From: a virus
Taxonomy: Duplodnaviria; Caudoviricetes
IMG/VR virus record: IMGVR_UViG_3300031277_000001
Span: 1,466-65,465 of that record
Length of the DNA: 64,000 nt
Direction: 5' to 3' (one strand)
The position numbers and the translations under genes are program-made. The stretch's first letter is position 1; each line of letters begins with the position of its first letter. The notes under the pieces are model-generated. The model was not told where the DNA came from, ran no database searches, and saw only the letters and a program-made list of their open reading frames with translations. Below are positions 8,369 through 17,192 of this stretch, one piece after another.

Positions 8369-9939
8369 GTCACATCCCCCATGACCTTCTCCTTCCTTCT
8401 CGTCAGCCTGTCAAACTCCTTCACGTAGTCGTCCCAGGACTTCCAGTCTCCTTGCATCGACTTCTTGGACTCCTCACCTTCGAGGAGGGACTCGCCCTCA
8501 CCTATCTCAGGGAAGTCCATGTCCTCTCCTTCACTGCCTTCACCGGGGCTGCCACCCATCATGCCTTCCTGGGCCTGCTGGGCTTGCTTGTCCTGGATGA
8601 GCAACTGCACGGTGAACTGGTTCAAGATCTCGTCTGCGTAGGGGCGGTCCATCTTCTCCTTGCCCTGCTTCTCGAGTATCTCGTTGATCGTCATGTCCAC
8701 ACCGAGTCGCTTCGTGAGGATCTCTGTCTTCCTCAACTGGTCAACGGGATCCACTCCAGAGAACTTGAGCTCGTACTTCGTGGTCACTTTCCTGAGCACC
8801 TTGTTGAGATGCTGCTCCATGAACATGAGGAGGCTGTCGAGTCCGCGATCCTTGCTGGCTTCCACTCTGGGAGTCATCTCGTTTGCCCCAAACACGTGAG
8901 TAGCGTCGTCTGCCTTGATGCCGAGCTCCGCGAGGTCAATCGAGAAGACGGCTGCTATGAGGCTGCTCACGAACATCATCCCCTTGTGGTACTCCATGTC
9001 TTTGTTGCTGGTTCCTATCGCCTTGAAGTCTATCCCCACGCCGTCCTTGCCACTCGGGAGGATCGGGATGGCCCACTGACCGCCGGCACCCGACATGGCC
9101 GAGTACCAGTACTGCTGGATGGCCGTGAGGCCCTTGGTGTCTATGTCACCCATCACAGAGATGAACCCGCGCGGCATCTTGTCTCGCACGAACTGGTCTC
9201 TGAGGTGGTTGTAGCCGAAGAGGAGCGTCGTGATCAAGTCTATCGCCATCTCTACGTCGGAGTAGCCGTAGCCCCTGAACCTGACGTCTGCCCTCTTGTT
9301 CTTGTAATCAAACACTAAGTTGTTGTGGTTGTACTCTTCTTTGATGACGTCGTCTAGCACCTGGATGAACGCAACGTTCTTCTTAGGGTACTCCGGGGTC
9401 GTCCTCTTGAGCGTGGCGCCGTCAACCACCCAGTACGCCGCCGGCTGCCCCCTCAGGTTGTACTGGATCTCCGTGGCTATCTGGTCTATCGTGCAGGTCT
9501 CCCTGACTATCATCTGGAGGTAGTCCGAGAAGTCGTCCTCCCGCTCGGAGGAGTAGTCGTAACCAGTCTGCTTGATGAACTTCACGAGGAGCTTGATCTC
9601 CTCAGGGTCTGCCTTGCCCCCCTCTTCCTCCGTGGCCACGAGTCGGAACCCCTTCTCGCCCTCCCTGGCCTGGTCCTCCGTGACGTAGCGAGTGAACCCG
9701 AGGACTTGATTGATCCTCGTCTTTATGATTGCGTTGAGGAGGGGCACCCTGTCCACTATGTTGCGGAGCACCGAGTAGTCTATCTTGAGGAGCCTCTCCC
9801 GGACGCCCTTCGCGCCTCCCCTGACCATCCAGTTGATGATGTTGGGATCTAAGAAGGCTGTCTGCAACTTCTTCAACTGTGAGTTGAGATCAACGATCTG
9901 CTTGCTGTCTCTCTTCTTACTGTGACGATTCTTTCTCAT
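8365..9939 (-). CDS. Phage portal protein (SPO1/phage K-like)
   Basis: LNAIIKTRINQV, VDGATL, W.SAMSG..GQWAIPIL, NKDMEY, IAAVFSIDLAELG and SKDRGL..LL.F.E motifs typical of Herelleviridae-like portals. Confidence 0.9.
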   Translation of the reverse strand: MRKNRHSKKRDSKQIVDLNSQLKKLQTAFLDPNIINWMVRGGAKGVRERLLKIDYSVLRNIVDRVPLLNAIIKTRINQVLGFTRYVTEDQAREGEKGFRLVATEEEGGKADPEEIKLLVKFIKQTGYDYSSEREDDFSDYLQMIVRETCTIDQIATEIQYNLRGQPAAYWVVDGATLKRTTPEYPKKNVAFIQVLDDVIKEEYNHNNLVFDYKNKRADVRFRGYGYSDVEMAIDLITTLLFGYNHLRDQFVRDKMPRGFISVMGDIDTKGLTAIQQYWYSAMSGAGGQWAIPILPSGKDGVGIDFKAIGTSNKDMEYHKGMMFVSSLIAAVFSIDLAELGIKADDATHVFGANEMTPRVEASKDRGLDSLLMFMEQHLNKVLRKVTTKYELKFSGVDPVDQLRKTEILTKRLGVDMTINEILEKQGKEKMDRPYADEILNQFTVQLLIQDKQAQQAQEGMMGGSPGEGSEGEDMDFPEIGEGESLLEGEESKKSMQGDWKSWDDYVKEFDRLTRRKEKVMGDVT

Positions 9940-10130
9940 GTCTGGGACTCCTGGCCTGGCGGGATTGGTGAAATTGAATTGTAGAACAAAAAGGAGGACT
10001 TCTCCTCGACAGGAGATGATGGGGAGGGAGAGACTTCTAGACGTACCAGGACTCGCGGTCCTCTCTGCTTCAAGATTACCTCACACCTACACCCCTCACT
10101 TCGGACCGGACAAGTATGTTACTTACAATT

Positions 10131-10159
10131 ATAATAAGATATTTCTAAAGAAATGTCAA
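10131..10159 (-). promoter_or_regulatory. Sigma70-type promoter upstream of the portal
   Basis: Minus strand TTGACA-17 nt-TATTAT(AAT). Confidence 0.6.
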
Positions 10160-10350
10160 CCAGCAGTCTTCTTCCTTCTAGGAGTTATCTCGAGATCAAA
10201 GGCGTGGAGCAGTTCTCCTATGCGGTCTATCTCATACAAGGAGTGAATTAACACCTGATCAAGGAAGTTACACACTCGCTCCGAGGCTCTTTGAACGTCC
10301 TTCTCCTCGTTAAGAATCTTCGTGATGTATCCTTTCTGCTGTGAAGTCAT
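10156..10350 (-). CDS. Hypothetical protein
   Basis: 64 aa ORF with gaggagg SD. Confidence 0.6.
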   Translation of the reverse strand: MTSQQKGYITKILNEEKDVQRASERVCNFLDQVLIHSLYEIDRIGELLHAFDLEITPRRKKTAG

Positions 10351-10413
10351 GAGTTCCTCCTCAATACAACAGCCACATCTACCAGGGGAGTGTCATCACC
10401 GGGGCACAACAAC

Positions 10414-10818
10414 TCAGGCATTCTTCCACGTCCTGAGAATGTCAAGTGCTTTCTGAATGTCAAACACAGAGATACCCAGGAGTTGCCGGAGAAACTTACG
10501 GATCTCCCTCTCCGTGTACATCTCGGAGACGACGTCCTCATACAACTTAACCTTCTCCCGGGCATCCTCCAAGGTGATGACTGCGACATCACGAGGCAGC
10601 TTGTTGTCACCGGCGGGGTGGACATGGAAGTCTCTCTCCCTCGCGAGAGTCAGCTTGTCTACCCCTTCCATGAGCTTGTACCACTCCTGCTTTATCGCGT
10701 CCAACTTTTCATCCTCGTATATGTCTCTTCCTCCCTTCAGACCATACACCTTCGCTTCCGCGTCGAGCAACAAGCTCAACTGCTCATCATCCATCTTCGG
10801 TATTCTTCCCTCAGACAT
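10414..10818 (-). CDS. Hypothetical protein
   Basis: ATG 10818 with gaggaggg SD; 134 aa. Confidence 0.65.
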   Translation of the reverse strand: MSEGRIPKMDDEQLSLLLDAEAKVYGLKGGRDIYEDEKLDAIKQEWYKLMEGVDKLTLARERDFHVHPAGDNKLPRDVAVITLEDAREKVKLYEDVVSEMYTEREIRKFLRQLLGISVFDIQKALDILRTWKNA

Positions 10819-10829
10819 AATGTCCCTCC

Positions 10830-11369
10830 TCAATACAGCTTCTTCTCATACTTCCTCACGACCACTCGCTTCGTGACTCCGTTCACGTAAGCCCGCAGTG
10901 CGTGCGCAAGAATCGCATTCTCCTGGAAGAGATCACGACGGAACTTCTTGCTCTCTCGCTTCTTGTACATCTTCCCTGACTTGTAATAGTAAAGACCCCA
11001 ACCCTCGGGGAGTTCGTCAACCTTGATAACCCCCTCGAGACAGACGTAGTAACGATGGGCACCGAGGTGGGGAAACTGCACGTAGAAGAGCTCCGGCCGC
11101 TCCGCTTGGAGGACCGCCTCCTGCCTGTAGTTTCCTCGTCTCCCCCACCAAGACGTCTTGGGCTTCCACTTCTGCCTGACCTCCTTCTTCTGATCGTTGA
11201 GGAAGTCCGACCGACTCATCTTGATCTCATAGAGAGTACTGTCGGAATCCTTGAAGGCCAGTACGTCGGGATACTCTTGAGAAGCAAAGCTCTGGTACTC
11301 CCAAAGAGCCACGTGGGCTCCCCGAATGCACCAGAGCGCTACCGCTTCACACAATTCAGAGTGTGTCAC
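10830..11369 (-). CDS. PD-(D/E)XK nuclease, MmcB-like
   Basis: E.PDVLAF...YEIKMSRSDFL.D..K motif and LPEGWGL. Confidence 0.75.
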   Translation of the reverse strand: MTHSELCEAVALWCIRGAHVALWEYQSFASQEYPDVLAFKDSDSTLYEIKMSRSDFLNDQKKEVRQKWKPKTSWWGRRGNYRQEAVLQAERPELFYVQFPHLGAHRYYVCLEGVIKVDELPEGWGLYYYKSGKMYKKRESKKFRRDLFQENAILAHALRAYVNGVTKRVVVRKYEKKLY

Positions 11370-11382
11370 CTTCCTCTTTCCC

Positions 11383-11706
11383 TCAAGGATCTATGATGTC
11401 GATACTCCTGGCTACTATCTGCACCTTCGAGCGCAGATTTCCCTCACGATCCTCCCAAGAAGCGACTTCGAGGCGTCCATACACTTCAACAACCGTGCCC
11501 TTCTTCAACTCCTGGTTGAGATCTTCTGCGGCCGGACCGAACTGGACGACGTCGAACCTCGACACCTTCTCCTTCTCGTTGTAGCGGAAGGTGTACATCA
11601 GAGCTAAGTTGATCACGGGAGTCCCGTTGCTCGTGTACCGCAACTCAACATCACGATCAAGAGTTCCTCGGATCTCCACTGTGTTCAAGTCGTTCTTCTC
11701 CTTCAT
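11383..11706 (-). CDS. ssb: Bacterial-type single-stranded DNA-binding protein lacking the acidic tail
   Basis: LNTVEIRGTL.RD.ELRYTSNGTPV...LKKG..V.VYGRL....W.DR.G..RSK..IVA OB-fold signature. Confidence 0.85.
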   Translation of the reverse strand: MKEKNDLNTVEIRGTLDRDVELRYTSNGTPVINLALMYTFRYNEKEKVSRFDVVQFGPAAEDLNQELKKGTVVEVYGRLEVASWEDREGNLRSKVQIVARSIDIIDP

Positions 11707-11842
11707 AATCTCTCCTCTCTTAAATATGGTACGTAACAGTATCCACCCTACCGTAGGAATGGACAAAGCAGCGACAATGAGCAAGCCCAAAATGTTTGTC
11801 GTGGTCACACTTCCCTCCACAACACTGTATTAGAAGACCTCC

Positions 11843-12505
11843 TCAAACATCAAACACCTCGGGAAGAAGACCGAGAAGATAGTTCCTGAGAGGAATCATC
11901 AACTGCAACATTTGTGGGTGAGCCTTCGAAGAAGTGCGCAATCTAAGCACGTGCCTCCACTCACGATAATTCGCCGACATCACTATCTCCGTCTTCAAAG
12001 CGTTAGGAAGAACAGACCTGGCCTGCTGAGGGGTCCAACCCGATTCCAGAAGCTTCATGTACGTCTGTTCTGCTACCAAACAAGAGTTCATCCAAGCATA
12101 TGAAGGAGACGAAGAACCTGGCTTCAACTTCTGATCAAGAAGCTCAATTCCATACTCCCCATCTGGATAGTCCACCCAAAAAGGACGAATGACAGTTATC
12201 TGAGCATCAAACTGCTCCCGAGAATAATTGCAGTATCTCGTGCTCTCCTGCGAGAACGACGCGAGGCGGTGACGGACCAGTTCATGCGAGATGCCTCTGT
12301 CACAGACGAACCTGACAGTGAGTAAGGAGTGCTCAATCACAGATTCATGCCCGAGACTTATCACCTTCTTCACAAACTTCGGGGCTGAATCTTGCGTGAT
12401 TTTCTCTTCAGACTTATAACAAGTCCTCCCCGCCCTCTCTATCACTTGAGAAAAAAGAGGGGAATCTGGAAAGATCACCTCAAACGAAGGTTCTATCATT
12501 CTCAT
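11843..12505 (-). CDS. thyX: FAD-dependent thymidylate synthase
   Basis: GRTCYKS, GHESVIEH, RGISHELVRHRLASFSQESTRY, ARSVLPN. Confidence 0.95.
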   Translation of the reverse strand: MRMIEPSFEVIFPDSPLFSQVIERAGRTCYKSEEKITQDSAPKFVKKVISLGHESVIEHSLLTVRFVCDRGISHELVRHRLASFSQESTRYCNYSREQFDAQITVIRPFWVDYPDGEYGIELLDQKLKPGSSSPSYAWMNSCLVAEQTYMKLLESGWTPQQARSVLPNALKTEIVMSANYREWRHVLRLRTSSKAHPQMLQLMIPLRNYLLGLLPEVFDV

Positions 12506-12903
12506 AACAACACTCCTCTCACCAACTTTCTCGCCCGTATGATGTTGCTGGGACTGTTCCATATGAAGTTCCTGCCACTCGGATGAGGAAGGATCAAGTA
12601 TCTCCCCTCCCTCTCAAAAGGAGTGTAGTGGAATCCAAACGCCTTGCTCACCTTGGCTCCCAGGAGGATTATGACACTCCACTCCTGCGACTCCTTGATG
12701 ATGTTCGCTTCTTCTCTCGCCTGCTTGTTGGACCACGTTCCCACGCACAAGTTCTTCCTATCAAACTTCCCTATGTACTCCGACACGGACATGTCGAAGA
12801 TGTTGCGGAGCCTGTCTCCGGAAGCTCCGCGTGGGAGTGGATACAAGGCAAAACGAGGATCCACTCCATAGGGATTGAGTTCACCGACGAGTAGAGGCTT
12901 CAT
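12502..12903 (-). CDS. Stand-alone UDG-superfamily-like protein
   Basis: LLVGE.NP, SG.RL, ILLG..V..AF, LPHPSGRN..WN. Confidence 0.65.
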   Translation of the reverse strand: MKPLLVGELNPYGVDPRFALYPLPRGASGDRLRNIFDMSVSEYIGKFDRKNLCVGTWSNKQAREEANIIKESQEWSVIILLGAKVSKAFGFHYTPFEREGRYLILPHPSGRNFIWNSPSNIIRARKLVRGVLL

Positions 12904-13499
12904 ACCTTCCTCTCCTGCTCATCCCGGTACAGATCACCAACAATTTTGAAGATCTCCTCCCAAGACAGTGCTCGGAAGATACGGCGATTGTTCTCCCGGA
13001 CTGCCTGGTTGTACTGGTAATCCACAACTATTGCACTCCTCCCCGTAGCTGCCCAGGGGATGATCTGCTCCGCGGAGTCGTCGATGAGGAGGTCGGCGTC
13101 GAGCATCCACTTGGGGTGCCCCATAATCAAATGCTTGTAGACGTCGAAGAAGCAAAAGTGCTTCATCACCCACTCCACCTTCTCGTGAGCACACGAGGGA
13201 GACGACCACCAGGGAACCGTCCCTATGTAAAGATCAGTTCTCAAGAGACAATGAAGACGAGTGAAGTACTCCCCAGCTCCTGGAATCAACTCCAAGGACT
13301 CCCAGAAGCCGGGGCGGAGCATCAACTCATTGACCACCTCGGCGGCGGCCCTCTCCTCCACAGGAAGTACCCACTTCTCTATCCTACGAGAAGTCCAGTG
13401 GGTAGGAGGAAGAAGCGTGAATCCCTTCTTCTTGAACTCAGTCAGGACACCCTTCCTCCAGTCAGAGAGGACTCCATCCATGTCAACAATTACTCTCAT
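12900..13499 (-). CDS. 5'(3')-deoxyribonucleotidase (NT5C, HAD family)
   Basis: VDMDGVL.D, GFW..L..IPGA, EK..W...HF, LIDD. Confidence 0.9.
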   Translation of the reverse strand: MRVIVDMDGVLSDWRKGVLTEFKKKGFTLLPPTHWTSRRIEKWVLPVEERAAAEVVNELMLRPGFWESLELIPGAGEYFTRLHCLLRTDLYIGTVPWWSSPSCAHEKVEWVMKHFCFFDVYKHLIMGHPKWMLDADLLIDDSAEQIIPWAATGRSAIVVDYQYNQAVRENNRRIFRALSWEEIFKIVGDLYRDEQERKV

Positions 13500-13501
13500 C
13501 C

Positions 13502-14080
13502 TCACACCTCTTTCTGCTCGATAGGCTTGTGGCAGTTTGTACAAATTACTTTCTCACCGTCGTGCCTCCAACTACGACCCTTACTGTCTTGATCACACTC
13601 ACACACATCCGGCTTCACGGCGGCGAGGGAGGCGAGACTTATTATCTTTTCAAATAGTGGTGCTGTCATCGTTTTGAATTCGGACGTGATAGTACAAAAT
13701 CCAGAGGCATAATACTTCAAATCGTTTATTGCCACCTCCAGCGCATCCCGCTCGGCCGTCACGCGCTGGAGGTCGGCGCGGAGGGTGGTGAGTTCATCAC
13801 CGCCCATTCCTAGCGTATATGTCTTCTCAATCTTCTCAAAAACATCGGGCTTGCAGGGGTAAAACTCATCGTTGACACCTTTGATGATATAATCGCCGTA
13901 GTCGGCCCGCATAGGGCCTTCAAGAGTACTTATCTCTATCCACATCTTTTCACCGACAGCACCGACTCCACAAACCTTGCCACCACACCAGGAAGCCACA
14001 TCGTCTGGTGTATTCGGTTCACAAAGATGTACTACCTCAATTGTCACTGGCTTTTTGGTGTATCTTTTCACTTCATTCAT
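13502..14080 (-). CDS. PGDYG-like phage protein with coiled-coil and Zn-ribbon extension
   Basis: Y.KKPV.IE...ISTLEG.M.A..GDYIIKGV..EFYPCKPDVF. Confidence 0.7.
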   Translation of the reverse strand: MNEVKRYTKKPVTIEVVHLCEPNTPDDVASWCGGKVCGVGAVGEKMWIEISTLEGPMRADYGDYIIKGVNDEFYPCKPDVFEKIEKTYTLGMGGDELTTLRADLQRVTAERDALEVAINDLKYYASGFCTITSEFKTMTAPLFEKIISLASLAAVKPDVCECDQDSKGRSWRHDGEKVICTNCHKPIEQKEV

Positions 14081-14241
14081 CGGTGCGCTCCTTTTGGACT
14101 AGCGTCATTTAAACCTCTCTGGTACGCGTCCCTTATGGCCAACAAAACCTTTTGTTTTAAGCTGTCTTTAAACTTTTCTGACAATATGTTAGTCAGATCA
14201 AGATAATCACAAAAATCTTCAAACACCGTTTTCTCACTCAT
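14077..14241 (-). CDS. Hypothetical protein (54 aa)
   Basis: Manual translation MSEKTVFEDFCDYLDL...; SD gaggg; ATGA overlap. Confidence 0.5.
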   Translation of the reverse strand: MSEKTVFEDFCDYLDLTNILSEKFKDSLKQKVLLAIRDAYQRGLNDASPKGAHR

Positions 14242-14245
14242 CCCC

Positions 14246-14686
14246 TCACACCTCTTTCACCTCAGCTATTACGGGGGACTTCGCCTTGGCCATGGGCACC
14301 AACCATGTCAAATTATTGATCGTGTGCAGTCTATCTATCTCATCGGAGTCGTACCAACACACAAACTCGGCGGTCTTTTGCTGGAGAATTGGAAAAGACA
14401 TTCTCAAAGTCTTCCTCTTGATAAACGAAGAGAAAAAATGTACTCGCCAAGAAGCATCCTTTGCCGTGAGGACACAAAACTCTCTCCAATCATGCACACG
14501 GAGTCCCGTCTCTTCTTCAAACTCACGAAACATCGCCTGGGAGGGAGTTTCCCCCTCTTCTATCTTACCCCCCACTCCGTTGAGGAAACTCTTCTGCCAT
14601 GCAGGCTTATTCTTCTTTATCAACACAACAGACAAGTTGGAGAGGAAACTCTCAACAAAAAGAAAACCCGCTACGTACTCCTTCAC
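14246..14686 (-). CDS. NUDIX hydrolase
   Basis: Nudix box GGKIEEGETPSQAMFREFEEETGL; GTG start. Confidence 0.9.
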   Translation of the reverse strand: MKEYVAGFLFVESFLSNLSVVLIKKNKPAWQKSFLNGVGGKIEEGETPSQAMFREFEEETGLRVHDWREFCVLTAKDASWRVHFFSSFIKRKTLRMSFPILQQKTAEFVCWYDSDEIDRLHTINNLTWLVPMAKAKSPVIAEVKEV

Positions 14687-14696
14687 AAAATCCCTC

Positions 14697-15971
14697 TCAA
14701 ATATGAAATGGCTGGACGTCCTTCTCCGTCCTACCTGTAGAGAACAGGAGGAGGTCAGGAAATGCTGCAACCACATCACTCGACCTCACTCCGGATTTCT
14801 CATGATGGATTAATCTAAGCAAACTAAGAGTAGACACTCCAGCAATAGTCCTCAACCTGAACTCCTTGGTAAAGTCCGTCAGGTGGTCCAAACACGTCAA
14901 TGCCACACCCACCTTGGCAGTACTGGAAGGCCTATACTTCACCTTACCCAGATCTTCTTTGATTTCCTTGACGGCCTGCTTACACCAATCAAGATCGAGG
15001 TAGCCGTACCTCATGGCTCCCTGGAACTTGTTCTCAGGATTAGTGTAGTTCTCGACTCCCTTATAAGGGAGTCCGTCCACCTCGTTGAGTACGGGACCAT
15101 CACCGTGTCTCGTCAAGTAAGTCCTGGTGACCAGGTAGACGTCGAGCTCCACCTCGGAGCGGAGACGATTGAGAACCTCCACGACGTTCCGCATCCCCGT
15201 GCTCGACCGCGTCAGATACGGCATGAGATCCTTTCGCTTCTGATCCAGACGCATGCCCTGGGCTCCCTCGAAGACCACCTGTCTGCCGGGCTCCTTGGCA
15301 CAGTACCTCTCCAGGAGGTCCGAGGTCTCCCACATCACAGAGTTCTTCATCATCCTCCTCGCGTAGTCCACGAAGTTGTCCACGATTGCGAAGCCTCCCA
15401 TCTTGTCGATGGCCCACCTCCGGAACTCACGATCATCCAGATGCAACTTCTCCAGACGGTAAGGGAGATACTCGTTCTCTATAATGTACAAGACGTCCTT
15501 GAGCTGTCCCTCTGACTTGTCTACGAGATCCCTGGCCAGGATCTTGAGCTGACGATACTGACTGCGCTCCACGGTCTCGTTGATCCCCAAGCCGCAGGTC
15601 ATCGTAGTCCCCTCCTGCTTGGAAGCATACTCGTTGATCAGCATGTCGTACGGCGTGGAGATCCTGCAGAGAGGATCGACAAAGACCTCCCTGACAGGGG
15701 CCTTCTTGTCGAGGAGCTCCTTGAGTTCCTTGAAGAACATGAGGGGATTGACGATGAAGTGTGGAGCGAAAAGAGTTCGGGCACCCCGAAGAGTGCCCGA
15801 TCCGAAGTGATGAAATATGTGCTCCTGGCCACTGGACGTCTTTACACCATGACCAGCCTGAGCTCCACCGTTGAACCGCACGTTGAGGGTACGTGCATCT
15901 GACAGATAGTTGACTATGTGACCCTTGCCCTCATCACCGTAGTTCATCCCAACAACTGCTGAAATCTTCAT
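14697..15971 (-). CDS. purA: Divergent adenylosuccinate synthetase-like ligase
   Basis: YGDEGKG, RFNGGAQAGH, TCG.GI.E, FEGAQG..LD, TR.Y.TRHG.GP; lacks the canonical TTGRxRR loop. Confidence 0.85.
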   Translation of the reverse strand: MKISAVVGMNYGDEGKGHIVNYLSDARTLNVRFNGGAQAGHGVKTSSGQEHIFHHFGSGTLRGARTLFAPHFIVNPLMFFKELKELLDKKAPVREVFVDPLCRISTPYDMLINEYASKQEGTTMTCGLGINETVERSQYRQLKILARDLVDKSEGQLKDVLYIIENEYLPYRLEKLHLDDREFRRWAIDKMGGFAIVDNFVDYARRMMKNSVMWETSDLLERYCAKEPGRQVVFEGAQGMRLDQKRKDLMPYLTRSSTGMRNVVEVLNRLRSEVELDVYLVTRTYLTRHGDGPVLNEVDGLPYKGVENYTNPENKFQGAMRYGYLDLDWCKQAVKEIKEDLGKVKYRPSSTAKVGVALTCLDHLTDFTKEFRLRTIAGVSTLSLLRLIHHEKSGVRSSDVVAAFPDLLLFSTGRTEKDVQPFHI

Positions 15972-16016
15972 ATAGTTTCAATCCACACGCCCTGGGTAGG
16001 ACGTGATCCTCCCGTA

Positions 16017-16958
16017 TTACAAGTGTGCGTCGATCGTGTCCCGGACCTCGGTGTCCGTCTCCGTCATGTTCTTGAGTGCGTTGGCGACCACGACTCCCGT
16101 GGAACCGTCCCAGGACTCCGTCACGTTTTTCAAGGACTTCCCGGCTGCGAGCTCCAGTATGGACACGATGGTCTCACCGATCTTCTCGTGGTCATCCAAA
16201 GGAATCACCCGCTGGGCTCCGATCACGTCCTCCCATGACTTCCTCACGGACTCGAAGGCCATCCGAGCGTGACTGCCCTCCTTGATGATGATGTGGAACA
16301 CGTTCCACTCGGGATAGATGAGGTCATAGAGTTCCTGGGCGGTGATCTTCTCCTTATCGATGTCGTCTCCCATCGCGGTCAGGAAGTGAGAGCGGTTGAG
16401 TTCCGGAGTGATCTCCTCATCTCCGATAGTGAACAGAAAACCCTTCTGACCCCTCTTGGTGAAACTGTCGGTCTTCGTGCGATACTTGGCGAAGTACCAG
16501 GCGAGGATGTAGGACTCGTGACAATTCCCCCCACCACCACCTTCCAGGTAGATCTTCTCGAGCTGTTCGAAGATCCGAATGTCGGACTCGAACTGGGACG
16601 CTTGGAACGGCACGCGGTCACCGGCCTCGACGTCTCCGATGGCACAGCAGCAGATGTGGGGATCCGTGATGGGACGCCTCTCCAGGACCTCCTGGCAGAT
16701 CGTCTTCATCCCCACCCTGGCCAGGCGATCGAGCACGGCGTGCATAGATCCTGTCACGTCAAGAGACAAGATCAAGGGTGTCGAGTTGGGATGATCGGGA
16801 CCATCCACGGACTCACGGACCTTGAACTTCTTGGGGTCGAGATCTGGGTTGACGTTCCGGCTCTTATAGATGTCGGCCGTCGTCGTATCGGGATCCGAGT
16901 ACCTCCGTGATGTACTGAATCTCACAAAATCTTTGTCGCTGTAACTTCCACCACCCAT
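16017..16958 (-). CDS. vWA-domain protein
   Basis: MIDAS LDVTGSM, AIGD, QFESD, EGGGGGN..ESY, FTIGDE. Confidence 0.85.
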   Translation of the reverse strand: MGGGSYSDKDFVRFSTSRRYSDPDTTTADIYKSRNVNPDLDPKKFKVRESVDGPDHPNSTPLILSLDVTGSMHAVLDRLARVGMKTICQEVLERRPITDPHICCCAIGDVEAGDRVPFQASQFESDIRIFEQLEKIYLEGGGGGNCHESYILAWYFAKYRTKTDSFTKRGQKGFLFTIGDEEITPELNRSHFLTAMGDDIDKEKITAQELYDLIYPEWNVFHIIIKEGSHARMAFESVRKSWEDVIGAQRVIPLDDHEKIGETIVSILELAAGKSLKNVTESWDGSTGVVVANALKNMTETDTEVRDTIDAHL

Positions 16959-17150
16959 GTGGTTCCTCCTCTGTATAAGGTATAAGACACCGTACGGTGA
17001 CTCCTGCTTAAAAATAGAGGGGGCCCCTGAAGGCTTCTCGGAATGGCGAACCGAGAGAAAGACGGCAAATAAAGCCCCCTCTAAAAATCTCTCTCCATCA
17101 AAACTCTCTTTGAGGTTCTATCGTGGTGATGGATCCACTTCCTCGTGTAC

Positions 17151-17186
17151 CATGTTATTGGTCTAACTCCCCCAAAGTTTGAAAAT
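17151..17186 (-). promoter_or_regulatory. Phage-specific promoter motif, copy 1
   Basis: TTTTCAAAC-13 nt-GACCAATAA; 31 nt identical to the copy at 35555-35585. Confidence 0.7.
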
Positions 17187-17192
17187 CTTCCC

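Noticed and set aside
11707-11820. N-terminal TM extension on the SSB as given in the ORF track
   Set aside because: A better start with SD (gaggaga) exists at ATG 11706, where the SSB homology begins
14697-15971. PurZ / 2-aminoadenine (Z) genome, suggested by a PurA homologue plus DUF5664
   Set aside because: The protein keeps the PurA-type Asp in GDEGKG, whereas PurZ has Ser at this position; it also sits in a vWA/NUDIX context
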